DNA of 64,000 nt. Origin: an uncultured bacterium. Lineage in GTDB: Bacteria > Babelota > Babeliae > Babelales > Vermiphilaceae. The stretch lies in contig OY969561.1 of NCBI GenBank assembly GCA_963701085.1, forward strand, positions 256,001 through 320,000, in the 5' to 3' direction. Shown one piece after another: positions 9,957 through 19,795 of this stretch. The notes under the pieces were generated by a model that ran no database searches, was not told the DNA's origin, and was given only the letters and a program-made list of their open reading frames with translations. The position numbers and the translations under genes are program-made. Numbering within the stretch: position 1 is the first letter of the stretch; each line of letters opens with the position of its first letter.

Positions 9957-10132
9957 TCCTTCAACAAGTTCAGGATGAGCGCGATAAGGATATGGAGTTC
10001 TTATTGGGGACCCCATCGGTCCTTCGACAAGCTTCCTCCTACGCATAAAGCTTCGTAGGACACGGCAGGATGAGCGGGCTGAAGATGGGGAATAGCTGAT
10101 GAGCGCGATAAGGACATGGAGTTCTTATTGGG
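9957..10132. repeat. Nested composite palindromic repeat with 35-bp direct repeat
   Basis: 35-bp direct repeat at 9974-10008 and 10098-10132 (1 mismatch); module B hairpin encloses module A, which encloses module C. Confidence 0.85.
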
Positions 10133-10265
10133 ACCACTTACCTGATATATTCAGGAAGGATAAAGTTAATATAACGATAAGATTAACAATGATCCAGATG
10201 GTATATTCATCATTTAAAATTAAGCAGAAAATTTACTAAAAGGTTTATAAAAAATAATTTTAATA

Positions 10266-10295
10266 TTGACAATGTATGCCACAGGGTAGTATAGT
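10266..10295 (+). promoter_or_regulatory. Sigma70-like promoter of TA operon
   Basis: TTGACA (10266), 18-bp spacer, TATAGT (10290); ATG at 10303. Confidence 0.6.
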
Positions 10296-10302
10296 TTATG
10301 AT

Positions 10303-10650
10303 ATGAAAAGGAAGATCAGTCGAACTAAATATTTTAGTAGAGCCCTCAATAGTCTTTTAAAGAAAAGACAGATTTTGGAAGAAGATTTTGATGATTTTCA
10401 AGAAGAGCTTGCAAGAAATCCAGAGATGGGTGATATAATTCCTGGAACAAATGGAGTACGTAAGGCTCGATTAAAATCTGCTTCTCGCGGAAAAAGTGGC
10501 GGATCTAGAGTATGTTATTACGATATAACTAGTAAAAATGAGATATATTTACTTCTTATTTATGCAAAGAATCAACAGGAAGATATAACAGCTGAAGATA
10601 AAAAAGACTTCAAAGAATTAGTGAATGAATTACGGAGGAGTTCACGATGA
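10303..10650 (+). CDS. RelE/HigB-family toxin
   Basis: NPEMGDIIPGTNGVRKAR..RGKSGGSRVCYY..LLLIYAK; toxin-first gene order. Confidence 0.9.
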   Translation: MKRKISRTKYFSRALNSLLKKRQILEEDFDDFQEELARNPEMGDIIPGTNGVRKARLKSASRGKSGGSRVCYYDITSKNEIYLLLIYAKNQQEDITAEDKKDFKELVNELRRSSR

Positions 10651-10958
10651 GCAGTAAATTTGCTAAGGATTTAAAAGCAGCACTGAAAGAAGCTATTGCC
10701 CATAAACAAGGTAAGCTTGATCTCTATTCGGAATATATAGAAATTCCTGAACCACCAGCTGAATACAAACCAAAAGAAATAAAAAAAATACGAGAAAAGA
10801 ATCATTATTCTCAAGGCATGTTTGCTTTGGTTCTCAATGTTAGCATAAAAACCGTGCAATCATGGGAAGCGGGTAAACGTGTTCCGACACATTCAGCATT
10901 ACGTTTATTAGAGATAGTTGATAAAGGTATTTATCGTCCTGAAATTATTAAAAAATGA
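10647..10958 (+). CDS. HigA-like Xre HTH antitoxin
   Basis: IKKIRE..SQGMFALVLNVSIKTVQSWEAGKRVP HTH; ATGA coupling to the toxin. Confidence 0.9.
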   Translation: MSSKFAKDLKAALKEAIAHKQGKLDLYSEYIEIPEPPAEYKPKEIKKIREKNHYSQGMFALVLNVSIKTVQSWEAGKRVPTHSALRLLEIVDKGIYRPEIIKK

Positions 10959-11035
10959 GAACAAAAGATTACGAAGAAAGTTTAGCAGAAGTGCTTAAAG
11001 ATCCTGAAGAAGCTTCAGCTTATCTTGATGAAAAA
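10955..11035 (+). pseudogene. Truncated addiction-module antidote (HI1420-like) N-terminal fragment
   Basis: MRTKDYEESLAEVLKDPEEASAYLDE, then runs into a terminator and antisense to gatA. Confidence 0.55.
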
Positions 11036-11038
11036 TAT

Positions 11039-11067
11039 AAAAAAAGGAAGCATGTGCTTCCTTTTTT
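11039..11067. terminator. Bidirectional terminator between TA operon and gatA
   Basis: AAAAAAGGAAGCA-TG-TGCTTCCTTTTTT. Confidence 0.75.
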
Positions 11068-11071
11068 AGTT

Positions 11072-12520
11072 TTAATATCCAGCAGGCGTTTTTGTGTGCC
11101 AATCAGTTTTTTGCTGAAATGCATGGCCAACTTGATACAACAGTTCTTCAGATAAATGAGGGCCGGCGATTTGGAACCCGATAGGCATGTTGTTGCTGCT
11201 CATACCGCAGGGGAGAGAAAGAGCAGGGATGCCTGCTAAATTCATTGCACAAGTAAAGTAGTCTTGTAGATCCATCTTGAGTTTATCGTTGGCAAATGCG
11301 CCTAATTTAAATGCAGGTGCAGGGTGAACTGGCATAACCAGGACATCAACATCAGCAAATGCTTGTTTAAATTCGTGGCTAATGAGGCGTTGCACTTTTT
11401 GTGCATTGTTATAAAACTGTCCCGCATGTCCGGCAGAAAGAACGTAATTGCCAACTAAAATGCGGGAGCGTACTTCTTCACCAAAACCATCATGACGTGA
11501 ATTGTAGTACATTTTAGATAATGTTTGTGCTTTTTTATCGCGTAATCCATAACGAACACCATCAAAGCGTGCCAAGTTTGATGCCGCTTCCGCGCGGCTT
11601 AAAATAAAATACGTTGCCGCAGCATAATTAAGTGTTGGTAATTGCATGTGTTTGATTGATGCGCCGTTGTTTTCAAAAACTTTGAGTGCTGTTTCAATGG
11701 CGTTAACAATTTCTTTTTCTACACCTTCTGCGTGTAATGCATTATCAACAACACCAATGCGTAAATTTTTTGGTAACGTGCCGCTTAAATTTTGTGTGTA
11801 ATCTTTTTTGTCTGTTTGTTGCATTGAAGCATCTCTATCATCTTTTCCTGCAATAACAGAAAGTATGCGTGCGTTATCATACACCGTGCGCGCCATGATA
11901 CCTATCTGATCAACAGAAGAACCATAGGCAACCAATCCATAGCGAGAAATTAAACCATACGTTGGTTTTAAGCCAACAATACCGCAGAGTGCTGATGGTT
12001 GATTAACAGAGCCACCAGTTTCAGAACCTAACGCCCATGGTACTAATCCTGCTGCAACAGCTGCTGCCGAACCACCGCTGGATCCTCCAGGTACGCATGT
12101 TTTATCCCATGGATTGTGTGTTTTTTGGAATGCAGATGTTTCTGTTGAACTTCCCATGGCAAATTCATCCATATTGGCACGGCCGATGAGTAATGCACCA
12201 GCTTTTTTTAAACGGGTAATTGCTGTTGCATCATACGTTGCAACAAAATTCTCTAATATTTTTGATGCACAAGATGTAATGCGGCCTTGTTGACAAATGT
12301 TGTCTTTAATAAGACCAGGAATACCAAAAACTTCTCCACCATCCTGGTGGGTTTTTTCGAGTATGGATTGTTTGTCGAATATTTCTAATGCAGAACCAAT
12401 TTCACCATCAAATGCTTCAAAGCGTCTCAAGTAAAATTCGAGAATTTCTTCTCGATTGATCTCTTTTTTTGCTAATTTTTCTTCTAACTCTTTAATTGTT
12501 ATAAATGGATGAATGCTCAT
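11072..12520 (-). CDS. gatA: Asp/Glu-tRNA amidotransferase subunit A
   Basis: Amidase signature PGGSSGGSAAAVAAG, GSETGGSV, SNLARFDGVRYG. Confidence 0.97.
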   Translation of the reverse strand: MSIHPFITIKELEEKLAKKEINREEILEFYLRRFEAFDGEIGSALEIFDKQSILEKTHQDGGEVFGIPGLIKDNICQQGRITSCASKILENFVATYDATAITRLKKAGALLIGRANMDEFAMGSSTETSAFQKTHNPWDKTCVPGGSSGGSAAAVAAGLVPWALGSETGGSVNQPSALCGIVGLKPTYGLISRYGLVAYGSSVDQIGIMARTVYDNARILSVIAGKDDRDASMQQTDKKDYTQNLSGTLPKNLRIGVVDNALHAEGVEKEIVNAIETALKVFENNGASIKHMQLPTLNYAAATYFILSRAEAASNLARFDGVRYGLRDKKAQTLSKMYYNSRHDGFGEEVRSRILVGNYVLSAGHAGQFYNNAQKVQRLISHEFKQAFADVDVLVMPVHPAPAFKLGAFANDKLKMDLQDYFTCAMNLAGIPALSLPCGMSSNNMPIGFQIAGPHLSEELLYQVGHAFQQKTDWHTKTPAGY

Positions 12521-12543
12521 AATAATGCCCTAAGATGTTTAAG

Positions 12544-12831
12544 CTACTGACCTTCAATAATTACGGGAACAACGAAAAAGTCACCTTCACGTTCTGGTGC
12601 TTGCGCGAGGATGGTTTGTGCATCGGTAGGAATAACAATATCCTCACGTTCTATGTTGCTGTTTTTTAGTGAAGGAACATCAACATCTTGTGCTATTTCT
12701 TGTACGCGTGCAGCATAACTGAGAACTGCATCAAGATGTTTCATAGCGTTGATTATTTCTGTTTCAGAAAGCTCAATGTGTGATAAACGCGCAATTTTTT
12801 CAACTTCTTCTTTGGTGATAAGTTGTGCCAT
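12544..12831 (-). CDS. gatC: Asp/Glu-tRNA amidotransferase subunit C
   Basis: ITKEEVEKIARLS...QAPEREGDFFVVP; directly upstream of gatA. Confidence 0.93.
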   Translation of the reverse strand: MAQLITKEEVEKIARLSHIELSETEIINAMKHLDAVLSYAARVQEIAQDVDVPSLKNSNIEREDIVIPTDAQTILAQAPEREGDFFVVPVIIEGQ

Positions 12832-12845
12832 AATTTTCCTTTGTT

Positions 12846-14246
12846 TTAAACCGTTGGTGTCTTCCAATATTCGCTACGGAATCTTCTGATGTACCATATG
12901 CTCATTAATGCATTCCCGAGGTAAAATGATCCGTATAAAAGAACAAGTTTTACCAGTTCATTGCTAAATGTCCATTTTGATAATAGATAAGAAATAGGAA
13001 CAAAATAGAAAAAACAGGTTACAAATCTTACTATCATCACAATGCGCACATTACCGGCACCACGAAGCGCTCCAGACAAAATTAATTGTAACAAATCAAA
13101 GATAATAAATATACTCAGAAGAGGAAACGCTTGCATCGCTAGATCGGTAAAATCACCTTTTTTATCAAAGATGTTAATGATGTATTCGCGCTTGTAGATA
13201 AAAAAACAAAGAATAACAGAGACCATGCCAGAAGCCAAAAAGAGTACTTTTTTGATGTTTACTTTGACGCCATCCCAGTTTTTTATGCCAACATCATTGC
13301 TCACTAAAAAAGTAATAACTTGAGCGAATGCAAGAGCAGGTAAAAACGCAAAACGTTCCATATCTTTCACCACGCATGCAGCAGCAATACCATTGGTTCC
13401 CATAGTAGCTACCATTTTTCCAAGCCATACATAGGCCCATGCCATAATCGCTTTATCAAGAACTACGGGCCATGATATAGCAAGTAAATGTTTAACGTAG
13501 GAAATATCGGTAAGAGCAGAGAAAAGATTGATGCTGTACTTTAAGTTCTTTTTATTAAAGAGCACATAACAAAGGGCAAGAATCATCATGCTTCCATATT
13601 GTATAATGGTTGCGAGGGCAGACCCTTGCAGGCCCATAGCAGGAAATCCCCATTTGCCAAAAATGAGTACATAATCAAAAAAAACAAAGAGAACTGATCC
13701 AAAAATAAAAATCTTCATGGGAGTACGTGTGTTTTTGATTCCTCGCAGAAATCCTACCAATGCAAGATAAATAAACATGCACAATACGCCAATTGCGCGT
13801 AGTCGTAAAAAAGGAACACCGAGGGCTATGATATCCTCCGAGACTCCATACCATGAATAAATGGTGTGCGCACCAAAGAAAAGAGCACTTCCAAAAAGTA
13901 TCCCTAAGATTGTTGTTATCCAAAAAGCATCACGAATGGTGCGACCTACATTTTCAAAGGAACTTTGTCCGTTGAATTGTCCGCTGAGTACGATGGTACC
14001 AACAGAAAGAGCTTCTCCAACTTTGATAATTAAATGGAGAAAGCTGTTGGTGACGCCAAGAGTTGCATACGTGTGTACTGATGCAAGAGAACCAATAAAG
14101 GCTGCATCAAGCCAAAAAGGCATTGCGTATAATAAAAAATTAGTGATAAATTCAGGAAAAAAGTAGCGCAACAATGTGCTATATTTTTCACCTTTTTCAT
14201 TATTGTAAATGTCGCTTGCGTAGCGTGCGATAAAGCTTCTTACCAT
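12846..14246 (-). CDS. MATE-family efflux transporter
   Basis: About 12 TM segments; GFLRGIKNTRTPM, FGKWGFPAMGLQGSALAT, GALRGAG. Confidence 0.92.
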   Translation of the reverse strand: MVRSFIARYASDIYNNEKGEKYSTLLRYFFPEFITNFLLYAMPFWLDAAFIGSLASVHTYATLGVTNSFLHLIIKVGEALSVGTIVLSGQFNGQSSFENVGRTIRDAFWITTILGILFGSALFFGAHTIYSWYGVSEDIIALGVPFLRLRAIGVLCMFIYLALVGFLRGIKNTRTPMKIFIFGSVLFVFFDYVLIFGKWGFPAMGLQGSALATIIQYGSMMILALCYVLFNKKNLKYSINLFSALTDISYVKHLLAISWPVVLDKAIMAWAYVWLGKMVATMGTNGIAAACVVKDMERFAFLPALAFAQVITFLVSNDVGIKNWDGVKVNIKKVLFLASGMVSVILCFFIYKREYIINIFDKKGDFTDLAMQAFPLLSIFIIFDLLQLILSGALRGAGNVRIVMIVRFVTCFFYFVPISYLLSKWTFSNELVKLVLLYGSFYLGNALMSIWYIRRFRSEYWKTPTV

Positions 14247-14260
14247 GATGTTCCTTGTAG

Positions 14261-14908
14261 TTATTTTGTTTGTTTAAAGAAAACAAATTTTCTTTGAATG
14301 GTGTCTATTGTATAGAATACCTCTTTTTCTATAAAAGGCGCTTCTATTTTTTCAGGTTCCCATTGTTGTGATGCCCAATAGACGAGTGTTGCATCTTTGT
14401 AAGGAGATGATGGTTTGAATATACGCACGAGCTCCTCTGGTTGTAGCGACGCGCGTGCAAAAAAGTAATCAATTGGATAGTTTGTGGTGCGCAAAAATGT
14501 TCGCCAATCATATGGATAAATAGTGATATTATCCAATGTAAGCTCTTGAACAATATGAGCTAAAAAGCTTCTTTTTTTGTTATTTACTTCAATAAGGACC
14601 GTTTTTAAATGAGGAAACAGTATTTTTAAGGGAATTCCCGGAAAACCAGCTCCGGTGCCAATATCGGCGGTTGAATATATTGTAGTAAAGTCAATATGTT
14701 GTGCCAGAGCGAGTGAATCATCAAAATGGTTGTGTATAATAGCTGCGGGGTCTGTAATGGCAGTAAGGTTAAATTTTTTATTCCATTCAATTAAAAGTTC
14801 CAAATAACGGTCTAATTGAGCAGTTTGTGCTGTTGTTAAAGTATATTTATTGGCTAATTTGTCCAACTGAATAGGTGCAAAATTGCTCTCTAGATGCGGT
14901 TTGTTCAC
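14261..14908 (-). CDS. rsmG: 16S rRNA m7G527 methyltransferase
   Basis: WNKKFNLTAI, HFDDSL, DIGTGAGFPGIPL. Confidence 0.93.
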   Translation of the reverse strand: MNKPHLESNFAPIQLDKLANKYTLTTAQTAQLDRYLELLIEWNKKFNLTAITDPAAIIHNHFDDSLALAQHIDFTTIYSTADIGTGAGFPGIPLKILFPHLKTVLIEVNNKKRSFLAHIVQELTLDNITIYPYDWRTFLRTTNYPIDYFFARASLQPEELVRIFKPSSPYKDATLVYWASQQWEPEKIEAPFIEKEVFYTIDTIQRKFVFFKQTK

Positions 14909-15000
14909 TTTTATTCCCCTAAAATATAGCTTTTCTTTCTTCCCTTATGATATCATGGTTATGAGTAAAATACAATTTGTATTACCGGTGAAGTGGGTAT

Positions 15001-15693
15001 ATGAAAAAAAACTATTATGTTCTCGGATTGCCGCTCTTACTGCTCGTTTCTATGGGGATTAATGCTAATCCTACGATTACGTTTTTTTTCCGGCCATTCC
15101 ACGATATGGAAAAAGTGAATAAAAAAATAAGAAAACCAGGTAAATTGGCTCGGCATACCGTTCATGGGATTGTTGAGCATGCTCCTGTTGCAGGCATTTT
15201 GGTTACGTATGGTGGTTATGTAACAACATCGAGCTATAATGGGGAGATCATTTTACCAAGAAAGCATCAAAAAGCTGCTGTTACTATTTTGATAACACCG
15301 GAAATGGTACCTGTACCTTTATTTGAAAATACCATTTTACATTGGAAGCTTATACCGGCAATGCCGGCAAAAATGTATTTATGTCAGCAAAAGTGTCATG
15401 ATAAAACAGGGCAATGTTATTGGGCTACGCAAGAAATACCTTTACCAGAAGACGGAATAATTCCTCTTGCAGCAGTAATTATTGTTGCAGATCCAAAAAA
15501 TATTGTCATTAATAGTGGTGAAACAGTAACAAATGAGACGGCAAATCTTGTGTTGCCCGATATACAGGTAAAAAAAGGAATTAATATTATAGAAAACAGT
15601 TCTTATATGCTTACCATTCGGAATCTTTTTAAACCTGTTGGAACGGAAGAAAAGCGTGAACCATTTAAAATGCTTACACATATTATTGAATAA
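15001..15693 (+). CDS. Hypothetical secreted protein
   Basis: 230-aa ORF with signal peptide (INA|NP). Confidence 0.75.
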   Translation: MKKNYYVLGLPLLLLVSMGINANPTITFFFRPFHDMEKVNKKIRKPGKLARHTVHGIVEHAPVAGILVTYGGYVTTSSYNGEIILPRKHQKAAVTILITPEMVPVPLFENTILHWKLIPAMPAKMYLCQQKCHDKTGQCYWATQEIPLPEDGIIPLAAVIIVADPKNIVINSGETVTNETANLVLPDIQVKKGINIIENSSYMLTIRNLFKPVGTEEKREPFKMLTHIIE

Positions 15694-15795
15694 AAGGAGC
15701 GCCATTTTTTTTAAATAATAAATCCTGCTATACTGAACGAGCATTATTCATAATGATTATTAAAAATAGTAATCACATTCTTTGAGGAACGTGAT

Positions 15796-16422
15796 ATGAA
15801 GTTACAAATTTCATTTGATCTTATTGATTTGGACAAGGCAATTGCCATTGCTTTAGATGTTGCCCAATATGCGGATATTATCGAGATAGGGACGATTCTT
15901 ATTTATCATCATGGAACAGAAGCTATAAAAAGATTTAAGGAAGCTCTTCCTGAAAAAGTAATTCTTGCTGATACAAAGATTGTTGATCGTGGTAAAGAAG
16001 TTGCTGAACTTTTTGCTGATGCAGGAGTAGATTGGATTACCGTGATGGCAGGAACGTCTCATCACGTGATTCATGCAACAACTACCGCAGCGCACAATGC
16101 TAATGTTAAGGTGATGCTTGATCTGATTGATTCAGATTCGGTTGGGCAATCAGCATTGGAAGCAAAAAATCTTGGTGCTGATGCATTGTTATTTCATCAG
16201 CCGTATAGTGAGACCGAATCGCTCGTTTTTCTTGATAAGTGGGATATGATAAAAGGCAACAGCAGTTTGCCTATTTTTGTTTCTGCAAAAATTAATCGCG
16301 ATAATGTTGATAAAATTGTTGCGCTTAAGCCTGATGTTATTATTGTTGGTTTGAGTATTACTGATGCAGAGGATAGTGCTCACGAGGCGCACTATTTTGC
16401 TGAGTTGGTGAGTAAATTGTAA
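15796..16422 (+). CDS. 3-hexulose-6-phosphate synthase / OMP decarboxylase (HUMPS) family protein
   Basis: MKLQISFD, IIEIGT, ADTKIVD TIM-barrel motifs. Confidence 0.85.
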   Translation: MKLQISFDLIDLDKAIAIALDVAQYADIIEIGTILIYHHGTEAIKRFKEALPEKVILADTKIVDRGKEVAELFADAGVDWITVMAGTSHHVIHATTTAAHNANVKVMLDLIDSDSVGQSALEAKNLGADALLFHQPYSETESLVFLDKWDMIKGNSSLPIFVSAKINRDNVDKIVALKPDVIIVGLSITDAEDSAHEAHYFAELVSKL

Positions 16423-16431
16423 ATAGGGCTA

Positions 16432-17346
16432 TCAAAATTTCATAGCTAATTTCATAACAGGATGACCTTGATCATTGGTACCTAAGCCAAGTTGAAGGTC
16501 TCTTTTTTTTGCTAATTTTGAGTCTATGAGTTTATTTGCCGAAAACGCATACATTGCACCAAATCCTGCACCGGCGACCATTTGGGAAAGATAGTGGCGG
16601 TTGCTTGATAAAAATATTATTGAGACAAATGCGGCAATACTGCCCAATGGTACTGCATAATTGGGGCCATAGCGCATGCCATAGAGTACGGCGGTATACG
16701 TTGCTTCAGCTAAATGACCTGATGGAAATCCGCCATATTTTCGTTGGTTTTTTGCAAATTTTTCATGGAATGGTCGTTTGCAGATATCATAATCTAGTCT
16801 TGTTTTAAAGAAATCTTTTGCTATTAAAACAAATGGCATACCGGTAAGGAATATCTGACTTGTCATTTGCATATCCTCATTTCGGCTGAGAAACGCTTGT
16901 GTGCCAAGGAGTACAATGGGAACACCAATGCTTAAGCGTGCAACTTCTTTACTCCACTGCGAAGGTTCGTTTTTATTCTTTTTATTTTTATGATCAAAAA
17001 AGCAGTTGTGGAGTTTTTCATCAATCATACGTGCGCCAACAAAAAAGGGTGCGGTAGTCACAAATATTTTGAATGAATCCCATGAAAAAAGACCTAAATT
17101 AATTTTTACAACATCCTCAACAAATCCTCCAAGCATTTGAGTGATGCGATGTTTAGCAGGTGGTCTATTGCGTAACCATGGACGATTATTGCGTTTTGCG
17201 CGGATTGCAGCGGATCCTTCCCTTCTTTCTCGAGTACGTTCGTTACGGCGTTGGGTATAGCTGAGTGGTTTTTTATTGTCAGAACAGAGCGCGGTAACGC
17301 AGCTTGTTATTGTAAGAAAACAAATTATTTTTTTTGCACAATTCAT
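16432..17346 (-). CDS. PAP2-family phosphatase
   Basis: KRP, FPSGH and NRHYLSQ motifs; likely start MNCAKK. Confidence 0.85.
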   Translation of the reverse strand: MNCAKKIICFLTITSCVTALCSDNKKPLSYTQRRNERTRERREGSAAIRAKRNNRPWLRNRPPAKHRITQMLGGFVEDVVKINLGLFSWDSFKIFVTTAPFFVGARMIDEKLHNCFFDHKNKKNKNEPSQWSKEVARLSIGVPIVLLGTQAFLSRNEDMQMTSQIFLTGMPFVLIAKDFFKTRLDYDICKRPFHEKFAKNQRKYGGFPSGHLAEATYTAVLYGMRYGPNYAVPLGSIAAFVSIIFLSSNRHYLSQMVAGAGFGAMYAFSANKLIDSKLAKKRDLQLGLGTNDQGHPVMKLAMKF

Positions 17347-17534
17347 TGTTACCTCACTTGTTAGGCTTGCGATGCTGAGAGTTATTATTCTTAAGATATA
17401 ATTTTTGCAATGCATAATACAAGGGTGCTGCGGATGAAGTAAGAGTGGGTATGGTAGAAATTTTATGTTATTGAAAATGGGCAAGCATTATGGTATGAGA
17501 GTTGATAATTCATAGTAATCAAAAGGAGTAAGAA

Positions 17535-18623
17535 ATGATAAGAAACTTTTTTTTAGGATTAATTATCTTTTTCAATATATCTCTTTGTGGTATGGATTGC
17601 TCTGTGCCGATAGAAAATGATCAGTTGTTATTAACAATGAGCATGCCTATAATAGGACGATATTGTGACCTTCGATCTTTAGGATCTTTAATGAGATTAA
17701 ATCATACCTATCATTATGTATGTGACATAGCAAACATATGTCCCTCTGTTAAAAAAGATGAATGTTCTACCTTTGTGTGTGCTGAGTTGGCACAGCATTA
17801 TTATCTCTGCAGTAGGGCACTTGCATATTGTGCTAAACAAGGTAACAGTGCAATGTTTGTCCATTTATCTACGCCTTATAAAGAGGTGATATATGAGGAA
17901 TTAAGCTCTGTTGATTCTTTTGATATGAAAAATTTGGATAAGCAGTCGAGAGTGGATGTACTTTCTTGGTATGCCAAATACCATGGTACTCAAGAAAAAG
18001 CAGAAAAAGCTTTCAATGATCTTGTATTAGATAGATTTTGCGATAAAGATGCAGATACATTAAAAATTTTATTTCAGGGCAGAAATCTTTACATACCTCA
18101 TATAAAAAATTCGTCTATTTTTAAAGGTATTTGCCGTATGGGAGATATTGATCTCCTTTTTAGCTATTTTAAGTCGTATGGCTATAACGATGATCAAAAA
18201 AGCTTAAAACGAATAATAAAATACGGAACATTTTCTCTTATAAAGGCATTGCTTGAAAATGGCTCTCTATTATTAGGGGATGTTGGAAAATGTGATAGGA
18301 CAGTGGTTCATTTTGCAGTGTTGTATGATCAATGTAGGCGTTTGCGGCTATTGATTGAGCATGGCTTTCATGTAGATGCCTATGATAGTTATGGAAGAAC
18401 GCCACTGCATTATGCTGCTAAGAAAAGCAATATTGATGCAGTCAGGTTGTTGCTTGAAAAAGGTAGTAATGTTCATCTTGTTGATAACAAAGGAAAAACA
18501 GCATACGATTACGTTCCTCTTACTCACATAAAAATATCCCATGCAATGGGATTTGATGTATCTAATTTGAAATATCGCAATACGGTGATACGGAAACTTC
18601 TTGAAGAATGTACAAGGATATAA
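17535..18623 (+). CDS. Secreted F-box-like plus ankyrin repeat protein (paralog 1)
   Basis: Signal peptide; GRTPLHYAA ankyrin repeats; shared YYxCxxAL motif. Confidence 0.85.
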   Translation: MIRNFFLGLIIFFNISLCGMDCSVPIENDQLLLTMSMPIIGRYCDLRSLGSLMRLNHTYHYVCDIANICPSVKKDECSTFVCAELAQHYYLCSRALAYCAKQGNSAMFVHLSTPYKEVIYEELSSVDSFDMKNLDKQSRVDVLSWYAKYHGTQEKAEKAFNDLVLDRFCDKDADTLKILFQGRNLYIPHIKNSSIFKGICRMGDIDLLFSYFKSYGYNDDQKSLKRIIKYGTFSLIKALLENGSLLLGDVGKCDRTVVHFAVLYDQCRRLRLLIEHGFHVDAYDSYGRTPLHYAAKKSNIDAVRLLLEKGSNVHLVDNKGKTAYDYVPLTHIKISHAMGFDVSNLKYRNTVIRKLLEECTRI

Positions 18624-18625
18624 GA

Positions 18626-19795
18626 ATGACTGATCGAAAACTGTTTTTTTTACTAACTGTTTTGTCTGTTATGTCAACCAATTCCATGTACGTATCTGAG
18701 TCGTTGCCATGTGGTATGCTATTGTTGCCGCACGATGTTGCTCGTAATAAAATACAATCGTTACTTTCTTTTCAGGAGATTGCTCGGCTTAAACAATCAT
18801 CTCAATGGTGTAATAGAGTGTGTGACGTTGAGCACGTATGTCCGTTGTTTTGTACGCATACATGCTCGACGTATGCATGTGCGCAACTTGCAAAAAATTA
18901 TTATGCTTGCAGCAAGGCATTGAGTCATTTTGCTCGCAACAAAGATGAATATATGTTTATGCATTTATGGATGCATCACGCACAGGTGAGAAATAAAGAT
19001 ATCATTGAGATTTGTAAATGTTCGGTGGTGAGCGTAAAAAATCAGATGGATGTATATAGTAAGCGTTATAGTAACGAAAAGAATATTCGCAAGCATATTG
19101 TGAAGTGCGGAGCAAGAGCAATATGTAAATATCATGATAGAGATTGCGCCAAAACAGTATTTGCAGGTGGAGGTTTATCCATTTTTGATTTGTTAAAAGA
19201 GTATGGTTGTCAGAAAGAATCTAAAGACTATTTTAATGTATATTTTATTTTTTATAAGGCAGCTTGGTTGGATGATTCAGAGCTTATAAAGCATTTGTGT
19301 GGAGGAACTGTTGATGAACGCTCATTTAAGTACATTATGAGGTATGCAGATCCTGGTTTGCTGAGCAATTTGATTTGTGATGATATATTGACTCCTGATA
19401 TTACGAGTAAATCAAGAAAATCATTGCTTCATTATGTTGCACACAAAGGGCTTGCTCATATTATAAAGATTCTTCTTGATAAGGGCGCGTATGTAAATTG
19501 TGTTGATGAAGAGGGGATGACTCCGCTTCATTATGCAGTAAAAAAAGTTCATATTGATGCAGTTTTGATGCTTTTAACAAGTGCAGATGCGGATGTTCGT
19601 TTTGTGGATAAAAGAGGCAAGAAAGCTCTCGATTACGCTATTCCGACACAACGGTTTATGTTAGGCATGTCGGATGACCTAGCTGATAGAAAAACTATTC
19701 AAGGCATATTGCAATCTCACCTTGAAAAAAGCAGTGCGCATGCGTATAGTTATGCTAAAATTCATAGTAATGGTTATCAAAAGTTGCGTGTATGA
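18626..19795 (+). CDS. Secreted F-box-like plus ankyrin repeat protein (paralog 2)
   Basis: LLPHDVARNKIQSLLSFQEIARLKQSSQWCN is F-box-like; GMTPLHYAV ankyrin repeats. Confidence 0.85.
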   Translation: MTDRKLFFLLTVLSVMSTNSMYVSESLPCGMLLLPHDVARNKIQSLLSFQEIARLKQSSQWCNRVCDVEHVCPLFCTHTCSTYACAQLAKNYYACSKALSHFARNKDEYMFMHLWMHHAQVRNKDIIEICKCSVVSVKNQMDVYSKRYSNEKNIRKHIVKCGARAICKYHDRDCAKTVFAGGGLSIFDLLKEYGCQKESKDYFNVYFIFYKAAWLDDSELIKHLCGGTVDERSFKYIMRYADPGLLSNLICDDILTPDITSKSRKSLLHYVAHKGLAHIIKILLDKGAYVNCVDEEGMTPLHYAVKKVHIDAVLMLLTSADADVRFVDKRGKKALDYAIPTQRFMLGMSDDLADRKTIQGILQSHLEKSSAHAYSYAKIHSNGYQKLRV

